64,000 nt of DNA, from NCBI GenBank assembly GCA_041674285.1, contig JBAYVZ010000004.1, positions 21,913-85,912 of the forward strand, given 5' to 3'. Both the position numbers and the translations under genes were made by a program. This document shows positions 29,452 through 39,290 of this stretch, piece after piece. This DNA is from Minisyncoccota bacterium (GTDB lineage Bacteria; Patescibacteriota; Minisyncoccia; Phycocordibacterales; UBA9973). The notes beneath the pieces are model-generated. The model did not search any database. It was not told the origin of the DNA and saw only the letters and a program-made list of their open reading frames with translations. The first letter of the stretch is position 1, and each line of letters opens with the position of its first letter.

Positions 29452-31215
29452 TTATTCAGAAACTACACGTAGGACTTCTTCTGTGGTAGTCACACCTTGC
29501 ACAGCAAGGAAAATACCATCTTCAAGCATAGTCATCATACCTTCACTTTTTGCTTGCTTTTCAATCTCATCCGCAGGTGCACCTTTTAATATTAACTCTT
29601 TTATTGATAAAGATACTTTCAGTACTTCATGTATACCTATTCTACCCTTGTATCCCTCTTTATTCTCTTCAGTGATTTTAGGTCTATAAAAAGGAACTTG
29701 GTCCCAAGTAGCATCCCCTTTTATAATATTTTCCTTTTTCAAGATAGAGAGCATTTTATCCATATCTATCATACGAGCCATAGCTTGCTTCTCGTTTTCA
29801 TTTAAAAAATATTGCTCTTTGCCTTCAGATAGTCTACGAACAAGACGCTGTGCAATAACCGTTTTAACTGTAGATACAATCAAAAACGGCTCTACTCCCA
29901 TATCTACTATACGAGGGATGGCTCCAGCGGCAGAGTTAGTATGGATAGTAGATAGCACAAGGTGACCAGTCAGAGCCGCATTCACAGCTAGTGATGCAGT
30001 CTCCCCATCACGAATCTCACCTACCATTATTATGTCTGGATCCTGACGTAGTAGCGTACGCAATCCATTTGCAAAAGTTAAACCAATTTCAGATTTAGTC
30101 TGAGTCTGATTTATGCGAGCCATCTGATACTCGATAGGATCCTCTACAGTAGAAATATTCACATCAGGAGTATTTAATATATCTAACATTGTATACAGAG
30201 TAGTTGTCTTACCGGATCCAGTAGGTCCAGCACATAGCAACATACCAGTTCTCTGCTTCATACCATCGTGTATCTTTTCTAATGCTTCACCATGAAAACC
30301 TAGACCTTCAAGAGTAAAACCTTTTGCATTCTCACGAAGGATACGGATGACAGTTTTTTCTCCAAAGTATGTAGGCAGTGTAGACACACGAAATGACACT
30401 CTCCCCTGTTCATTTTCAACCTTGAATCTTCCATCTTGAGGTAGTCTTTTTTCATCGAGCTTCAAATTAGACAATACTTTTATACGGGCAGTTATACCTG
30501 GAGCCATATCCTTTGGCAAGACCATCGCATCATGAAGAATTCCGTCAATGCGGTAACGAACCAGAAGTGAATCTTCACACGGCTCGATATGCACATCAGA
30601 AGCACCTTGTAGTATGGCATGAGATATCAGAGTATCTACAATCTTAATTATAGGAAGATCTTCTACTAGTTCGCGTAATTCCTTCTCTGTCTTTTCTGAG
30701 TCAGGAGTACCTCCCGTATTATTCTTTGAGGCCTCTACACTCTCTTTTTTAATTATGTCTTCAAAGTCTGCTTGCAGGCTCTTTTTATATTGAGACAAGG
30801 CGCTCTTGATAGAGTCACTATCTGTCAGACGAGGCAAAATTCGAAGCCCAATCTTTTTCTTTATAAAGTCGATAACAGTTAAATTGGCAACATCTAGCAT
30901 GGCCACCTCTAGAGAATCCGGACCATTTTTATAGGCAATAATATTATTATTTCTCGCAATAGGCTCTGGGATCAAGGTCAATACTTCTGGGGCAATTCTT
31001 ATATTTTTAAGAGACACATAAGGTATACCCAATGCTTGAGCCTGCATATTCATCCAATCTTTTTCAGTCAAATTACCCATAGAAACTAATATCTCCCCTA
31101 TAGACTGTTTCTTTTCTAGAGATTTTTTATACGCAGTTTCAAAATCAGTTTTTGTAACCAATCCTGAATCACGTATCAGATCCAATATTTTAGTGTCGCT
31201 AATATACATACGCAT
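29452..31215 (-). CDS. pilB: Type IV pilus assembly ATPase PilB (GspE family)
   Basis: Walker A GPTGSGKTTTLY; GspE N-domain; Asp/His boxes; C-terminal Zn-binding region. Confidence 0.9.
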   Translation of the reverse strand: MRMYISDTKILDLIRDSGLVTKTDFETAYKKSLEKKQSIGEILVSMGNLTEKDWMNMQAQALGIPYVSLKNIRIAPEVLTLIPEPIARNNNIIAYKNGPDSLEVAMLDVANLTVIDFIKKKIGLRILPRLTDSDSIKSALSQYKKSLQADFEDIIKKESVEASKNNTGGTPDSEKTEKELRELVEDLPIIKIVDTLISHAILQGASDVHIEPCEDSLLVRYRIDGILHDAMVLPKDMAPGITARIKVLSNLKLDEKRLPQDGRFKVENEQGRVSFRVSTLPTYFGEKTVIRILRENAKGFTLEGLGFHGEALEKIHDGMKQRTGMLLCAGPTGSGKTTTLYTMLDILNTPDVNISTVEDPIEYQMARINQTQTKSEIGLTFANGLRTLLRQDPDIIMVGEIRDGETASLAVNAALTGHLVLSTIHTNSAAGAIPRIVDMGVEPFLIVSTVKTVIAQRLVRRLSEGKEQYFLNENEKQAMARMIDMDKMLSILKKENIIKGDATWDQVPFYRPKITEENKEGYKGRIGIHEVLKVSLSIKELILKGAPADEIEKQAKSEGMMTMLEDGIFLAVQGVTTTEEVLRVVSE

Positions 31216-31278
31216 ATTATATCATAGGGTTTAATTTTTAAACCAATAAAATACCCCAGACTTTCATCTGGGGGTATT

Positions 31279-31794
31279 TTATTTTAGTCGTCCGGGGTGA
31301 TAACCACCCTCCTCTTCATATTTTTCTTTTTTACTCTCTTCTTCTGGTGTTATAAACTTACCTTTTTCTTCCAGAGTTCTCTGCATCCACAATCTGTATA
31401 ATTCACTAGCATGCATAGTATCGGTAGATATAAACATTGGAACATCGTACGAATGCAATTCACCAAGGAAAACAGTTAATCGTTCTGATAAATCAGAAGT
31501 AGTAGTCAACATAAGCATATACTGATCTACATCTTCTAGTACTCCGTGCCATGGATACACCGACTCAACGGGCCACAAATCTCCACACACTGCCATATGA
31601 TTCTCTACTGCGGACCGGGCCAGATCACGCGCCTCGTCCCTATCTCTGCATGTAGTATACACAAACACGGCACCTTCTGAATCTTTATTTATTTTATCTA
31701 TAATCATTGATTCTGCGGAATCACATCGCGCAAGTCGATTTAGCGCGATGCTCTTCAAATTAATAATAATTAAATCACTTCCTGCTGATAACAC
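31279..31794 (-). CDS. cutA: CutA1-like divalent-cation tolerance protein (start probably at the internal MIIDKINKD Met)
   Basis: VFVYTTCRDRDEARDLARSAVENHMAVCGDLWPVESVYPWHGVLEDVDQYMLMLTTTSDLSERLTVFLGELHSYDVPMFI follows the CutA trimer-fold pattern (...SxYxWxG.IxE..E..L..KT...L...v...HpYe.P). The annotated 5' end overlaps the upstream Cys-rich gene by 25 nt. Confidence 0.55.
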   Translation of the reverse strand: MLSAGSDLIIINLKSIALNRLARCDSAESMIIDKINKDSEGAVFVYTTCRDRDEARDLARSAVENHMAVCGDLWPVESVYPWHGVLEDVDQYMLMLTTTSDLSERLTVFLGELHSYDVPMFISTDTMHASELYRLWMQRTLEEKGKFITPEEESKKEKYEEEGGYHPGRLK

Positions 31795-33482
31795 TTCTCA
31801 CAATAAATAACCTCTGGTCGGTCTGGAGCGTAGCTAGTCTGGAATTCATTATCACAACCTTCGTGCATACATTTTCTGTTCCAGAGCTTTAAAGGTGTTC
31901 TTTTTGAAAATCTTTCTTTGTGACGACACTGATAACACATCCTAGGTATCGGAATATTGAATCTTTTGTAAAAGGTTAATTCATCTCGAGTTAGACGAAA
32001 TGCCCCAGAGCAACGATCGGATCCAGGGAATGTATCGCAAGATATTATTTCTTGCAGAATATCGAGGGAGGTATCTATTATTGAATCAGGAATTTGCTCT
32101 GTTTTAATTGTGGGATTATGATTTTGATTATCTTTATCTCTATATAAATAACCATTGCTAATGGTATCCTCTTTAGATAAAGGATAGAAGTAATTAGCGA
32201 TAGTCTCATTATAGGCAAATGGTGAAAATTCTATTGGGAAAAATTCTCCATATTTATACACCCTACCCTTTTTATCAACATATGGCATATCAATCATATG
32301 CTTTTTAATTTTACCAACCATATCAAAATATTCTTCTTTTGAATATTGTTTATTTAAAATACAATATGATTTATTTCTAAGACCAATACACCCAAATAAA
32401 TCATGCGAATTATAACAATTAAAAGAATATTCTACATTACTTGAGTTATAAACAACATTTGAAAAATTACAATTTGTGCCCCCTACTCCGGAGTCACAAG
32501 ACTCAAAACTATTTTCTAGCAGTCCAATAGCATTACAATAATAACAATCAAAAATATTTTCAGCTGCCCAGTACAAATATTTAGTATTTTTAACATTACC
32601 AGAAGCATCAAATATATGCTGACTATCAACAACGCCACTGAGGTCATTCCCTGTAGCATTATGACAATTAATCAACGCAGCATATTTATGAATTGAATTT
32701 AATTTTAATTCTTCAAAATCTTTTTTTAGTTTCTGAATTGTATTATAACTACCCAGATCATATTGTTTTATTTTTTCAAAATACTCCTCTTTTGAATATT
32801 GAATATTATTAAAACAATAGCTCTTGTTGCGGAGATTAGACGACATAAAACAATTCACACAACCCTTACAGTCATATAGGAAATAAGAGTCAGTTGATGA
32901 ATTTGTTTTTTCACAATAAAAAATTTTGTAAGAATCTACACAGTAAATATCCTGATAACAAAACTCACTATTGTGAACAACATACAAATCAGAAGAATCT
33001 TTAACTTTTGTAATAGAATCAGAATACATCGTTCTTTCATTTTTCCAACAAGCAGAACATAGATAACAGTCATAATTTTCTTCTGCTACATTACAATAAT
33101 CACTATTAACAGATTTTGAATTTGATAGGGCCTGAAATGGAACAACATCACGCAGAGCACGCCATTGTGAGAAAAAATCAACAGAAAAATCAAAATCACG
33201 TCCATAGTCAAATGGATCCCATTGGTCACCCCACCAATATTTTTGATCTACAATATTCATCTTTACATCTGGGTGATATATAGAGATTAAATCTTTCCCC
33301 GTCACACTATCTGGACGCCTATATAGAGCGTGAGTATTACGCCAAGCAAAACGTCTTTGATGTGAACAATCCGGGCAAAATGTAGGTGGTGGGACTTTTA
33401 TCTTGTCATAAAACGCAAAATCCTCTGGCTCTATCGTGAAATCCTGCAGGCAGTTCTGACATTGACGTGCTTCTTTATTCAT
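31770..33482 (-). CDS. Cysteine-rich zinc-ribbon repeat protein, paralog 1 (uncharacterised family; 570 aa, ~40 Cys)
   Basis: N-terminal CQNC...FYDKIKVPPPTFCPDC; C-terminal CYQCRH...C...YAPDRPEVIYCEKCYQQEVI; internal duplicated block ...C.GC.NCFMSSNLRNKSYCFNNIQYSKEEYF... / ...GCIGLRNKSYCILNKQYSKEEYF...YVDKKGRVYKYGEFFP. No signal peptide or TM. Confidence 0.6.
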   Translation of the reverse strand: MNKEARQCQNCLQDFTIEPEDFAFYDKIKVPPPTFCPDCSHQRRFAWRNTHALYRRPDSVTGKDLISIYHPDVKMNIVDQKYWWGDQWDPFDYGRDFDFSVDFFSQWRALRDVVPFQALSNSKSVNSDYCNVAEENYDCYLCSACWKNERTMYSDSITKVKDSSDLYVVHNSEFCYQDIYCVDSYKIFYCEKTNSSTDSYFLYDCKGCVNCFMSSNLRNKSYCFNNIQYSKEEYFEKIKQYDLGSYNTIQKLKKDFEELKLNSIHKYAALINCHNATGNDLSGVVDSQHIFDASGNVKNTKYLYWAAENIFDCYYCNAIGLLENSFESCDSGVGGTNCNFSNVVYNSSNVEYSFNCYNSHDLFGCIGLRNKSYCILNKQYSKEEYFDMVGKIKKHMIDMPYVDKKGRVYKYGEFFPIEFSPFAYNETIANYFYPLSKEDTISNGYLYRDKDNQNHNPTIKTEQIPDSIIDTSLDILQEIISCDTFPGSDRCSGAFRLTRDELTFYKRFNIPIPRMCYQCRHKERFSKRTPLKLWNRKCMHEGCDNEFQTSYAPDRPEVIYCEKCYQQEVI

Positions 33483-33498
33483 AATTTAATTATACATT

Positions 33499-34725
33499 TT
33501 AGACTCTTTTATACAAGAATCGAAATACTATACCCGATATGACTATAGTTATCGCAGCTATTAGTAGCGGTGTAGTAGAGGCTAGCGCTGCAGCGATGAA
33601 TCCAGAGAGTATTGCCGGGATAGCTTGAGCTAGAGCCTGGACAGAAGAACTAATTCCCATTATTTCCCCTCTTTGATCTGCTGGTGCTGATTTTGAAAGT
33701 AGACTATTTACATTGGCCATAGTGAGTCCTGTAAACATAGAAAAGAATGGAGGGATCAATAATAATTGCCAAGAATACTGTGGCAAGAAATATGCGAGAA
33801 TCATAATACCTGCCCCCATCAACGAATAACTAAGTATCTGATATTCACTAAATCTTTTTGAAAAAGCGCGAGTGAGCACTGCCTGAGTAAACACACTCCA
33901 TAGGCCTACGTATGCAAAAAAATCTCCGATATTTCCCTGAGTAAAAGAAAATTTATTAATTAAAAATACCCCAAAGAAAGTAGTGAAGAATGTAAACCCA
34001 CCAAAAAATAAAAAGTTTGTAGCAAACAGTATACTCATACCTTTCATCTTCATTGCACGTTTTATATTTGAGATTGATTTGCCCCAAGTCAGTTCTTCTT
34101 TACGTAGATTTTTATTTGTCTCAGGTACAAGGAAAAGTACAGACAGCATATTTATAAATGCCAAAAATGCTGCAAAATAAAATGGGACAGCAGCACTAAA
34201 CCAAGACACGATTGATGGATCAGAAAGCTTACCCCCTATATATGGACCAAATATAAACCCCAGACCAAATGCAGCACCCAGCATACCAAAGTTTTTTGCA
34301 CGATTATCTGGACTTGATACATCCCCTATCATAGCCTGAGCAATAGATATATTTCCACCTGTAATACCGTCAAAAAATCTTGAAGCAAATAATAATGGGA
34401 TATTTTTTGTAATGATAGCCACAGCGAACAATATATAAGACAGGGCCGTCCCCAAAAGTGCAATACTGAGAATTTTCTTTCTTCCGTATTTATCAGACAA
34501 CTGTCCGAGTATAGGAGTAGCAAGGAATTGACCGATTGGATACACAGCAATCAATAGCCCTAGTAACATATACCCCTGATTAAGAGACGTGCCAAATGGA
34601 AGCATGTATTCCGATGAGAACGGATTAGCAAATAACTGAGGAATAACCGGGATCAGTATCCCCACCCCGAGCAAGTCAATAAATACAGTAAGGAAAATTG
34701 TAATCAAAATTTTATTTTTAAACAT
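33499..34725 (-). CDS. MFS transporter (drug:H+ antiporter-like)
   Basis: 12 TM; motif A-like GxLSDKYGRKK between TM2 and TM3. Confidence 0.85.
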   Translation of the reverse strand: MFKNKILITIFLTVFIDLLGVGILIPVIPQLFANPFSSEYMLPFGTSLNQGYMLLGLLIAVYPIGQFLATPILGQLSDKYGRKKILSIALLGTALSYILFAVAIITKNIPLLFASRFFDGITGGNISIAQAMIGDVSSPDNRAKNFGMLGAAFGLGFIFGPYIGGKLSDPSIVSWFSAAVPFYFAAFLAFINMLSVLFLVPETNKNLRKEELTWGKSISNIKRAMKMKGMSILFATNFLFFGGFTFFTTFFGVFLINKFSFTQGNIGDFFAYVGLWSVFTQAVLTRAFSKRFSEYQILSYSLMGAGIMILAYFLPQYSWQLLLIPPFFSMFTGLTMANVNSLLSKSAPADQRGEIMGISSSVQALAQAIPAILSGFIAAALASTTPLLIAAITIVISGIVFRFLYKRV

Positions 34726-34788
34726 TGTTCTACTGTATCACAAAATTAAACACTACGCATAAAAAACTCACCCGGATGGGTGAGTTTT

Positions 34789-35334
34789 TTATGCTCTTGA
34801 GATGTATTTATAATTCCAAAGTATCAACATTAGGAATACTCCCATTGACAGTGCCATAACAGGGATAGATACATAAGAGAATTCATATACATATCGCACT
34901 GCACATGACACCTCGGTAGCACTACCCGTAGCACAAGCGAGATTTGACGCTCCTCCATGTTCTACATATATATGGAATAGTGATATTATGCTACCGATAA
35001 ATGCGAGAACTAGTGCGTAGTCCACTATCACCTTTTCCCTCTTCCAGAGCTCCATACCAAAAAGAATAACTTGTGGATAGATAAATATTCTCTGCATCCA
35101 ACACAATTCACAAGCTGGAAATCCAATCACATTTGAATAGAATAAACTAATTGCCATAGCTCCAAATGCAGTTAGGAATCCAATTATAAATGTGTAGTCG
35201 TGCAAAAATTTCAAAAACACATTATCTTTTTTTCTAAAAAACAAAAGTGCTCCAAAAATAGTAAAGCAAAAAAGCTGTATGAAAATCGTCCCTAGAGACA
35301 ATATATAATTCAATGTAGGTACGTAAGTAGGCAT
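34789..35334 (-). CDS. DsbB/BdbC-family disulfide-bond formation protein
   Basis: 4 TM; periplasmic loop GFPACELCWMQRIFIYPQ (CxxC followed by WxQR, typical of BdbC/DsbB); second Cys pair in the distal loop. Confidence 0.7.
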   Translation of the reverse strand: MPTYVPTLNYILSLGTIFIQLFCFTIFGALLFFRKKDNVFLKFLHDYTFIIGFLTAFGAMAISLFYSNVIGFPACELCWMQRIFIYPQVILFGMELWKREKVIVDYALVLAFIGSIISLFHIYVEHGGASNLACATGSATEVSCAVRYVYEFSYVSIPVMALSMGVFLMLILWNYKYISRA

Positions 35335-35335
35335 A

Positions 35336-35923
35336 TTATTGAGGTAGAGTAAACTTTATCTGTTCGGCCAAGAATTCAAGAGGAATCTCTCCTACTGCCA
35401 TAGCACTGCTATCAAAATTCCAAACATCACCATTTTGAACTGGATCTTTTTCTGACTTTATTGAGAATTTATAATTTGAAAATACCCAAACTTTTGCGTA
35501 CTCTGAATGTATATTTGCACAGACAGCAGGCTCCCCCTCAATCTTTGCCCCAGTAGGACTAGGAGCACAAGCAAGAGGCTTTGGGTCGGAAGATTTCAAT
35601 GTTATACCATTCTTGAATGTCCAAGATGGGTAACTCTCTACTTTATTAGCCTTGCACTCATTCGTCTGACCTCGTGAATCAGGGGTAGAACATTCTACAT
35701 AAGGTATATACTTTTTAGAGCTACCAAAAAGAGCTTTTGTAGCCTGACAATGCGGACACCAAAATGCCCCATAGAATACTGCACCCTCAGATTTGAGAGC
35801 TTGTGCAAAAGCGTCATACTTTCCAGGTTTTGCAGTTTTTTCAACAATAAAACCAACACCCATAATCAATATAATAATAGCAACAACAGACACGATGAAT
35901 ATATTTTGTTTTGTTTTAAACAT
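35336..35923 (-). CDS. Membrane-anchored thioredoxin-fold thiol-disulfide oxidoreductase (DsbA-like; motif type usually fused to VKOR)
   Basis: FYGAFWCPHCQATKALFG matches the Trx domain partnered with bacterial VKOR (YGAYWCPHCQ). N-terminal TM. Overlaps DsbB by 1 nt, so probably co-transcribed. Confidence 0.7.
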   Translation of the reverse strand: MFKTKQNIFIVSVVAIIILIMGVGFIVEKTAKPGKYDAFAQALKSEGAVFYGAFWCPHCQATKALFGSSKKYIPYVECSTPDSRGQTNECKANKVESYPSWTFKNGITLKSSDPKPLACAPSPTGAKIEGEPAVCANIHSEYAKVWVFSNYKFSIKSEKDPVQNGDVWNFDSSAMAVGEIPLEFLAEQIKFTLPQ

Positions 35924-35949
35924 AAGTTAATTATACCAAAATGATAGAT

Positions 35950-37995
35950 TTAAAAGAAATTAAAAATTAAACCAAAAAATGTTGTAATATTATGCCACAC
36001 AACCCTTGTGATTGCGGGTATTTTAGATACAAACGGTGCAGAACTCGCACTTGCTACTAGGTTATTTTTTGCTGGCACAGGACTATCCACAATATCATTC
36101 CTAACGACAGGTGTTATCTTTTTTACTTCTTTATTTGGTTTTTTTACTTCTTCTTTTTTTATTTCTTTTTTAGCTTCTTGAATGACTGGAGTAATCGGTA
36201 TAATTTTTTCTTGAACAACAGGAATGATAACAGCAGGAATAATTTCCACTTTATTTTCACCTGAAGTTTTTACTATTTCTGTGACTGCAGGCTTCTCAAA
36301 GTCAGACAGTATGTCTATCCATGATTTGAGTGATTCTGCTGTTAGCGCATAAGAGGTAGCCCAGACACGTGAATCTACATCGCTACCTATATCCCCTACA
36401 CCACCATCACTTTTCTGTTGTGATGATACATAATTTCTCGCATTAGACAAAGCAGATGCAAATTCAGATCCGAGTGATAGTGCCTGTATAGCCCAGCTTG
36501 TAGAAGATACATTGTCCCCTATACGCCCATCAGAAGATTGATTGCTGGTTAGATAAATATAAGCTTTGTCTATATAATCTGAGACTCCATTTTTATTTTT
36601 AAAAGGAGACAATGCCATTATCGCAGCAGATGTCATATCAACACTATTATCCCAAGACCCATTTGAGTATTGTTTAGTTTTTATAAAATCAATAGTATTG
36701 GCGATTATCTCATCTTTATATGAATACCCTGCTTTTTTCAAAACGATCAAGCCAAAGATGTCATCATTATCCAGGTTCGCATCCCCTATCTGAACTCCAT
36801 CAAATTTTCCTACAATTTTTGAGATATAGTCTACGTTTGTACCGCTATATGGATTTATACCGAGAGCCATCAGGGCCATCGCATGGCGCTCATTGTCAGT
36901 CACAGTGCTTGATGTAAAATTATTTGATGTTAGATATACAGCGATGCTTTCAATCAGAGCTGAGTCACCAGTAGATCCAATAGCGACAGCCCCCCAGTCC
37001 GTATACAATGATGTACCCAAAGATCCATCTGATTTTTTATTGGCATTTAAAAAAACTACTGCATTTTCTTTTGAGAAAGTTACTACAACAGGAGCACTAT
37101 TTGAACCACCAGAAGACACAGGCTCCGATACAGACACAGAATAAGATGGAAAATAATAATCCTCTGATACTCCTATATTGTATGCACCTGGACTTGAGAA
37201 AGAAAGATTTGCACTCCCCATATCATCTACCAACGTAGTTGATATTACGGTTGGATTCCATGGATCATTCGGATTTGTCTGGGTTATGCCGATATTCACC
37301 CCGGTACGCACCACCCATGTATCGTCTGTATAATTATAAGATTTTGCCTGTGCAGTTATGGACCCAGTAGTTGTGATTGTATTAGTATCTAAGTCTACCT
37401 TGTATGGACTACCAAAATACAAACCAATATTTTCTCCTCCTGAGAGAACAGTCGCATCGATACTTGTCCAAGGGCTAGCACCTCCTACTACATACTGCCA
37501 ATTATCACACACTTCTCCGGATGAATTTATATTTAAACATTTCAAATAAAAAGAAGAAAAAGAATCATAGTACTGCAGACTAGAAAGTGAGAAAGAATCT
37601 TCTGATTGATCGAGAGTGTATAGCACACCGAGCACACTCCGAGAATTCACAGAGTGAGATACTCCCACATTATCTAGTATATCTATATTCCCTTCTGGAG
37701 GTAGAGCAATATCCCCACTATACACAACGTCCGCACCATTACGAATAAATATATTTTCATACAAAATTGGTGCAGGTTCTTCAGCTTGATTTTGCTCTAC
37801 CGGAGGCTGTTCTTCTGTGGGGATTTCTTGTACCGGAGACTGCTCTTCTAGTGGGGCTGGCGTTGAATTCTGAGTCTCTTCTACTGGCGGATTTCCAGTA
37901 TTCTGATCTGTCTGAGTAGAATCTTCTGCATATACAAAAAATCCTGAGAAAATAAAACCGAGTATTATTAAGATAGAAAATATATTTTTTTTCAT
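35950..37995 (-). CDS. Secreted protein with Pro/Glu/Thr-rich linker and C-terminal prenyltransferase/squalene-oxidase-type alpha/alpha-toroid repeats (likely start at MKKNIFS, position 37995)
   Basis: Signal peptide MKKNIFSILIILGFIFSGFFVYA. Repeats KQYSNGSWDNSVDMTSAAIMAL / NQSSDGRIGDNVSSTSWAIQALS / QQKSDGGVGDIGSDVDSRVWATSYALT fit the QxxxDGSW-type toroid repeat. The 16-codon N-extension in the track ORF contains a solo element arm (CCCGTTAGGA). Confidence 0.6.
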   Translation of the reverse strand: MKKNIFSILIILGFIFSGFFVYAEDSTQTDQNTGNPPVEETQNSTPAPLEEQSPVQEIPTEEQPPVEQNQAEEPAPILYENIFIRNGADVVYSGDIALPPEGNIDILDNVGVSHSVNSRSVLGVLYTLDQSEDSFSLSSLQYYDSFSSFYLKCLNINSSGEVCDNWQYVVGGASPWTSIDATVLSGGENIGLYFGSPYKVDLDTNTITTTGSITAQAKSYNYTDDTWVVRTGVNIGITQTNPNDPWNPTVISTTLVDDMGSANLSFSSPGAYNIGVSEDYYFPSYSVSVSEPVSSGGSNSAPVVVTFSKENAVVFLNANKKSDGSLGTSLYTDWGAVAIGSTGDSALIESIAVYLTSNNFTSSTVTDNERHAMALMALGINPYSGTNVDYISKIVGKFDGVQIGDANLDNDDIFGLIVLKKAGYSYKDEIIANTIDFIKTKQYSNGSWDNSVDMTSAAIMALSPFKNKNGVSDYIDKAYIYLTSNQSSDGRIGDNVSSTSWAIQALSLGSEFASALSNARNYVSSQQKSDGGVGDIGSDVDSRVWATSYALTAESLKSWIDILSDFEKPAVTEIVKTSGENKVEIIPAVIIPVVQEKIIPITPVIQEAKKEIKKEEVKKPNKEVKKITPVVRNDIVDSPVPAKNNLVASASSAPFVSKIPAITRVVWHNITTFFGLIFNFF

Positions 37996-38048
37996 ATTAT
38001 TATTTATATTTAAATTGCGATCGCGGATCCTAACGGGATTCATATCCT

Positions 38049-38570
38049 TTAATTAATAAAGCCTTCTCTCTCCCATCGCACAGCATCACCCTCTTTCAAA
38101 AAATTCTTAGATATACCCACAGATGCTTTTTTATCATTTAAATAATACACCCAATATTTACCCTCATTACCTTGTAAACCATTGATACTATCTACAAACA
38201 TACCCATACCACTATAGTCTTTTGACGTAAAAGTAAAATATTTATTTTGAGTAGATAAATCTACCATTGATTGGTATATACTCACCCCTTCTGAGGCTTT
38301 GGATTCGTAAATTTTATCTTCAACGATTATTTTGATATTTATCTCATTTTTATCTATCTCTGGAATTATTTCTTTTACTTCTGAAATTTTATAAGTAACT
38401 TTTTTGGAACTTTCAGTTTTTCTCGGTACTAGCTTTGGGGCCTCTATTTTAGGTGTAGTATTCACTACTGATTCAGAGTTGCTAACTTTTTTAGAATACT
38501 GATAAAAGAAAGCAATAGACAGTATGACTAGGACAGCGAACAAAAATATTTTAATATATTTATTTTTCAT
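38049..38570 (-). CDS. DUF4430-domain protein (transcobalamin/intrinsic-factor beta-domain-like), membrane-anchored
   Basis: N-terminal TM; C-terminal ...GMFVDSINGLQGNEGKYWVYYLNDKKASVGISKNFLKEGDAVRWEREGF matches DUF4430 (GxxWxYxVNG...G...Y.L.dGD.I.W.Y). Confidence 0.6.
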   Translation of the reverse strand: MKNKYIKIFLFAVLVILSIAFFYQYSKKVSNSESVVNTTPKIEAPKLVPRKTESSKKVTYKISEVKEIIPEIDKNEINIKIIVEDKIYESKASEGVSIYQSMVDLSTQNKYFTFTSKDYSGMGMFVDSINGLQGNEGKYWVYYLNDKKASVGISKNFLKEGDAVRWEREGFIN

Positions 38571-38768
38571 AATAAATTAATGCATACTAAATAATAAAAA
38601 CTCCTGCACGGGCAGAAGTTTTTATATCCTTTTTTACAAAGAGATTTCCTGCTCGGGTGAACAATTTATATATTAAGATCGGACTTGTCTCTTGCGAGCT
38701 TTACCGTTGCGGCACAGTGGAGGAATATGACCTCACTTCCAAACATATAAACTTAAATTTTAAATGAA

Positions 38769-39290
38769 TTATACTCGGACAACTTCTGGAATAACAACGA
38801 CTGCAGTACTTTCCTTTTCTACCCATCTTTCAATCATTGGTGATAGAACTATAGCAAAGGATACATTTGAAAGCAAATGAATAGCCGTGAATGGTATCTG
38901 ACCTACTATTGCCGCCATGAATGATTGCCCAAAGAATAGTGGACCCATAGTCAAACCAGTAACAACATCAAATACGATAGTACTTACAAATGCGAATTTA
39001 GCATAGTTCTTCCATCCTGTACGATTCTGGAAATAGAAAGATGCAGCAAGACCAACTAATCCATAGGCAATACCTGCAAATAGTGTCCACACACCAAATC
39101 CTACTGTAAACATGTCGTACACAGCCACAGACAAGAAACCAAATAAAAATGAATACAATCTACCGTATGTACGAGACAACGGCATAACCATAGCCATCAG
39201 AGGCTCCAGATTTGGAGCCCTAAATGGTAGCAGTCGAACCAGTAGTCCAACTACAAACAGAGATATAATTTTGATTGGGTTTTTCTTCAT
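38769..39290 (-). CDS. Small polytopic membrane protein, ECF-transporter S-component-like (candidate cobalamin-specific CbrT-type)
   Basis: 173 aa, 5-6 TM, no soluble domains. Adjacent to DUF4430 and the toroid protein, which is a common ECF S-component context. Assignment by context and topology only. Confidence 0.4.
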   Translation of the reverse strand: MKKNPIKIISLFVVGLLVRLLPFRAPNLEPLMAMVMPLSRTYGRLYSFLFGFLSVAVYDMFTVGFGVWTLFAGIAYGLVGLAASFYFQNRTGWKNYAKFAFVSTIVFDVVTGLTMGPLFFGQSFMAAIVGQIPFTAIHLLSNVSFAIVLSPMIERWVEKESTAVVVIPEVVRV

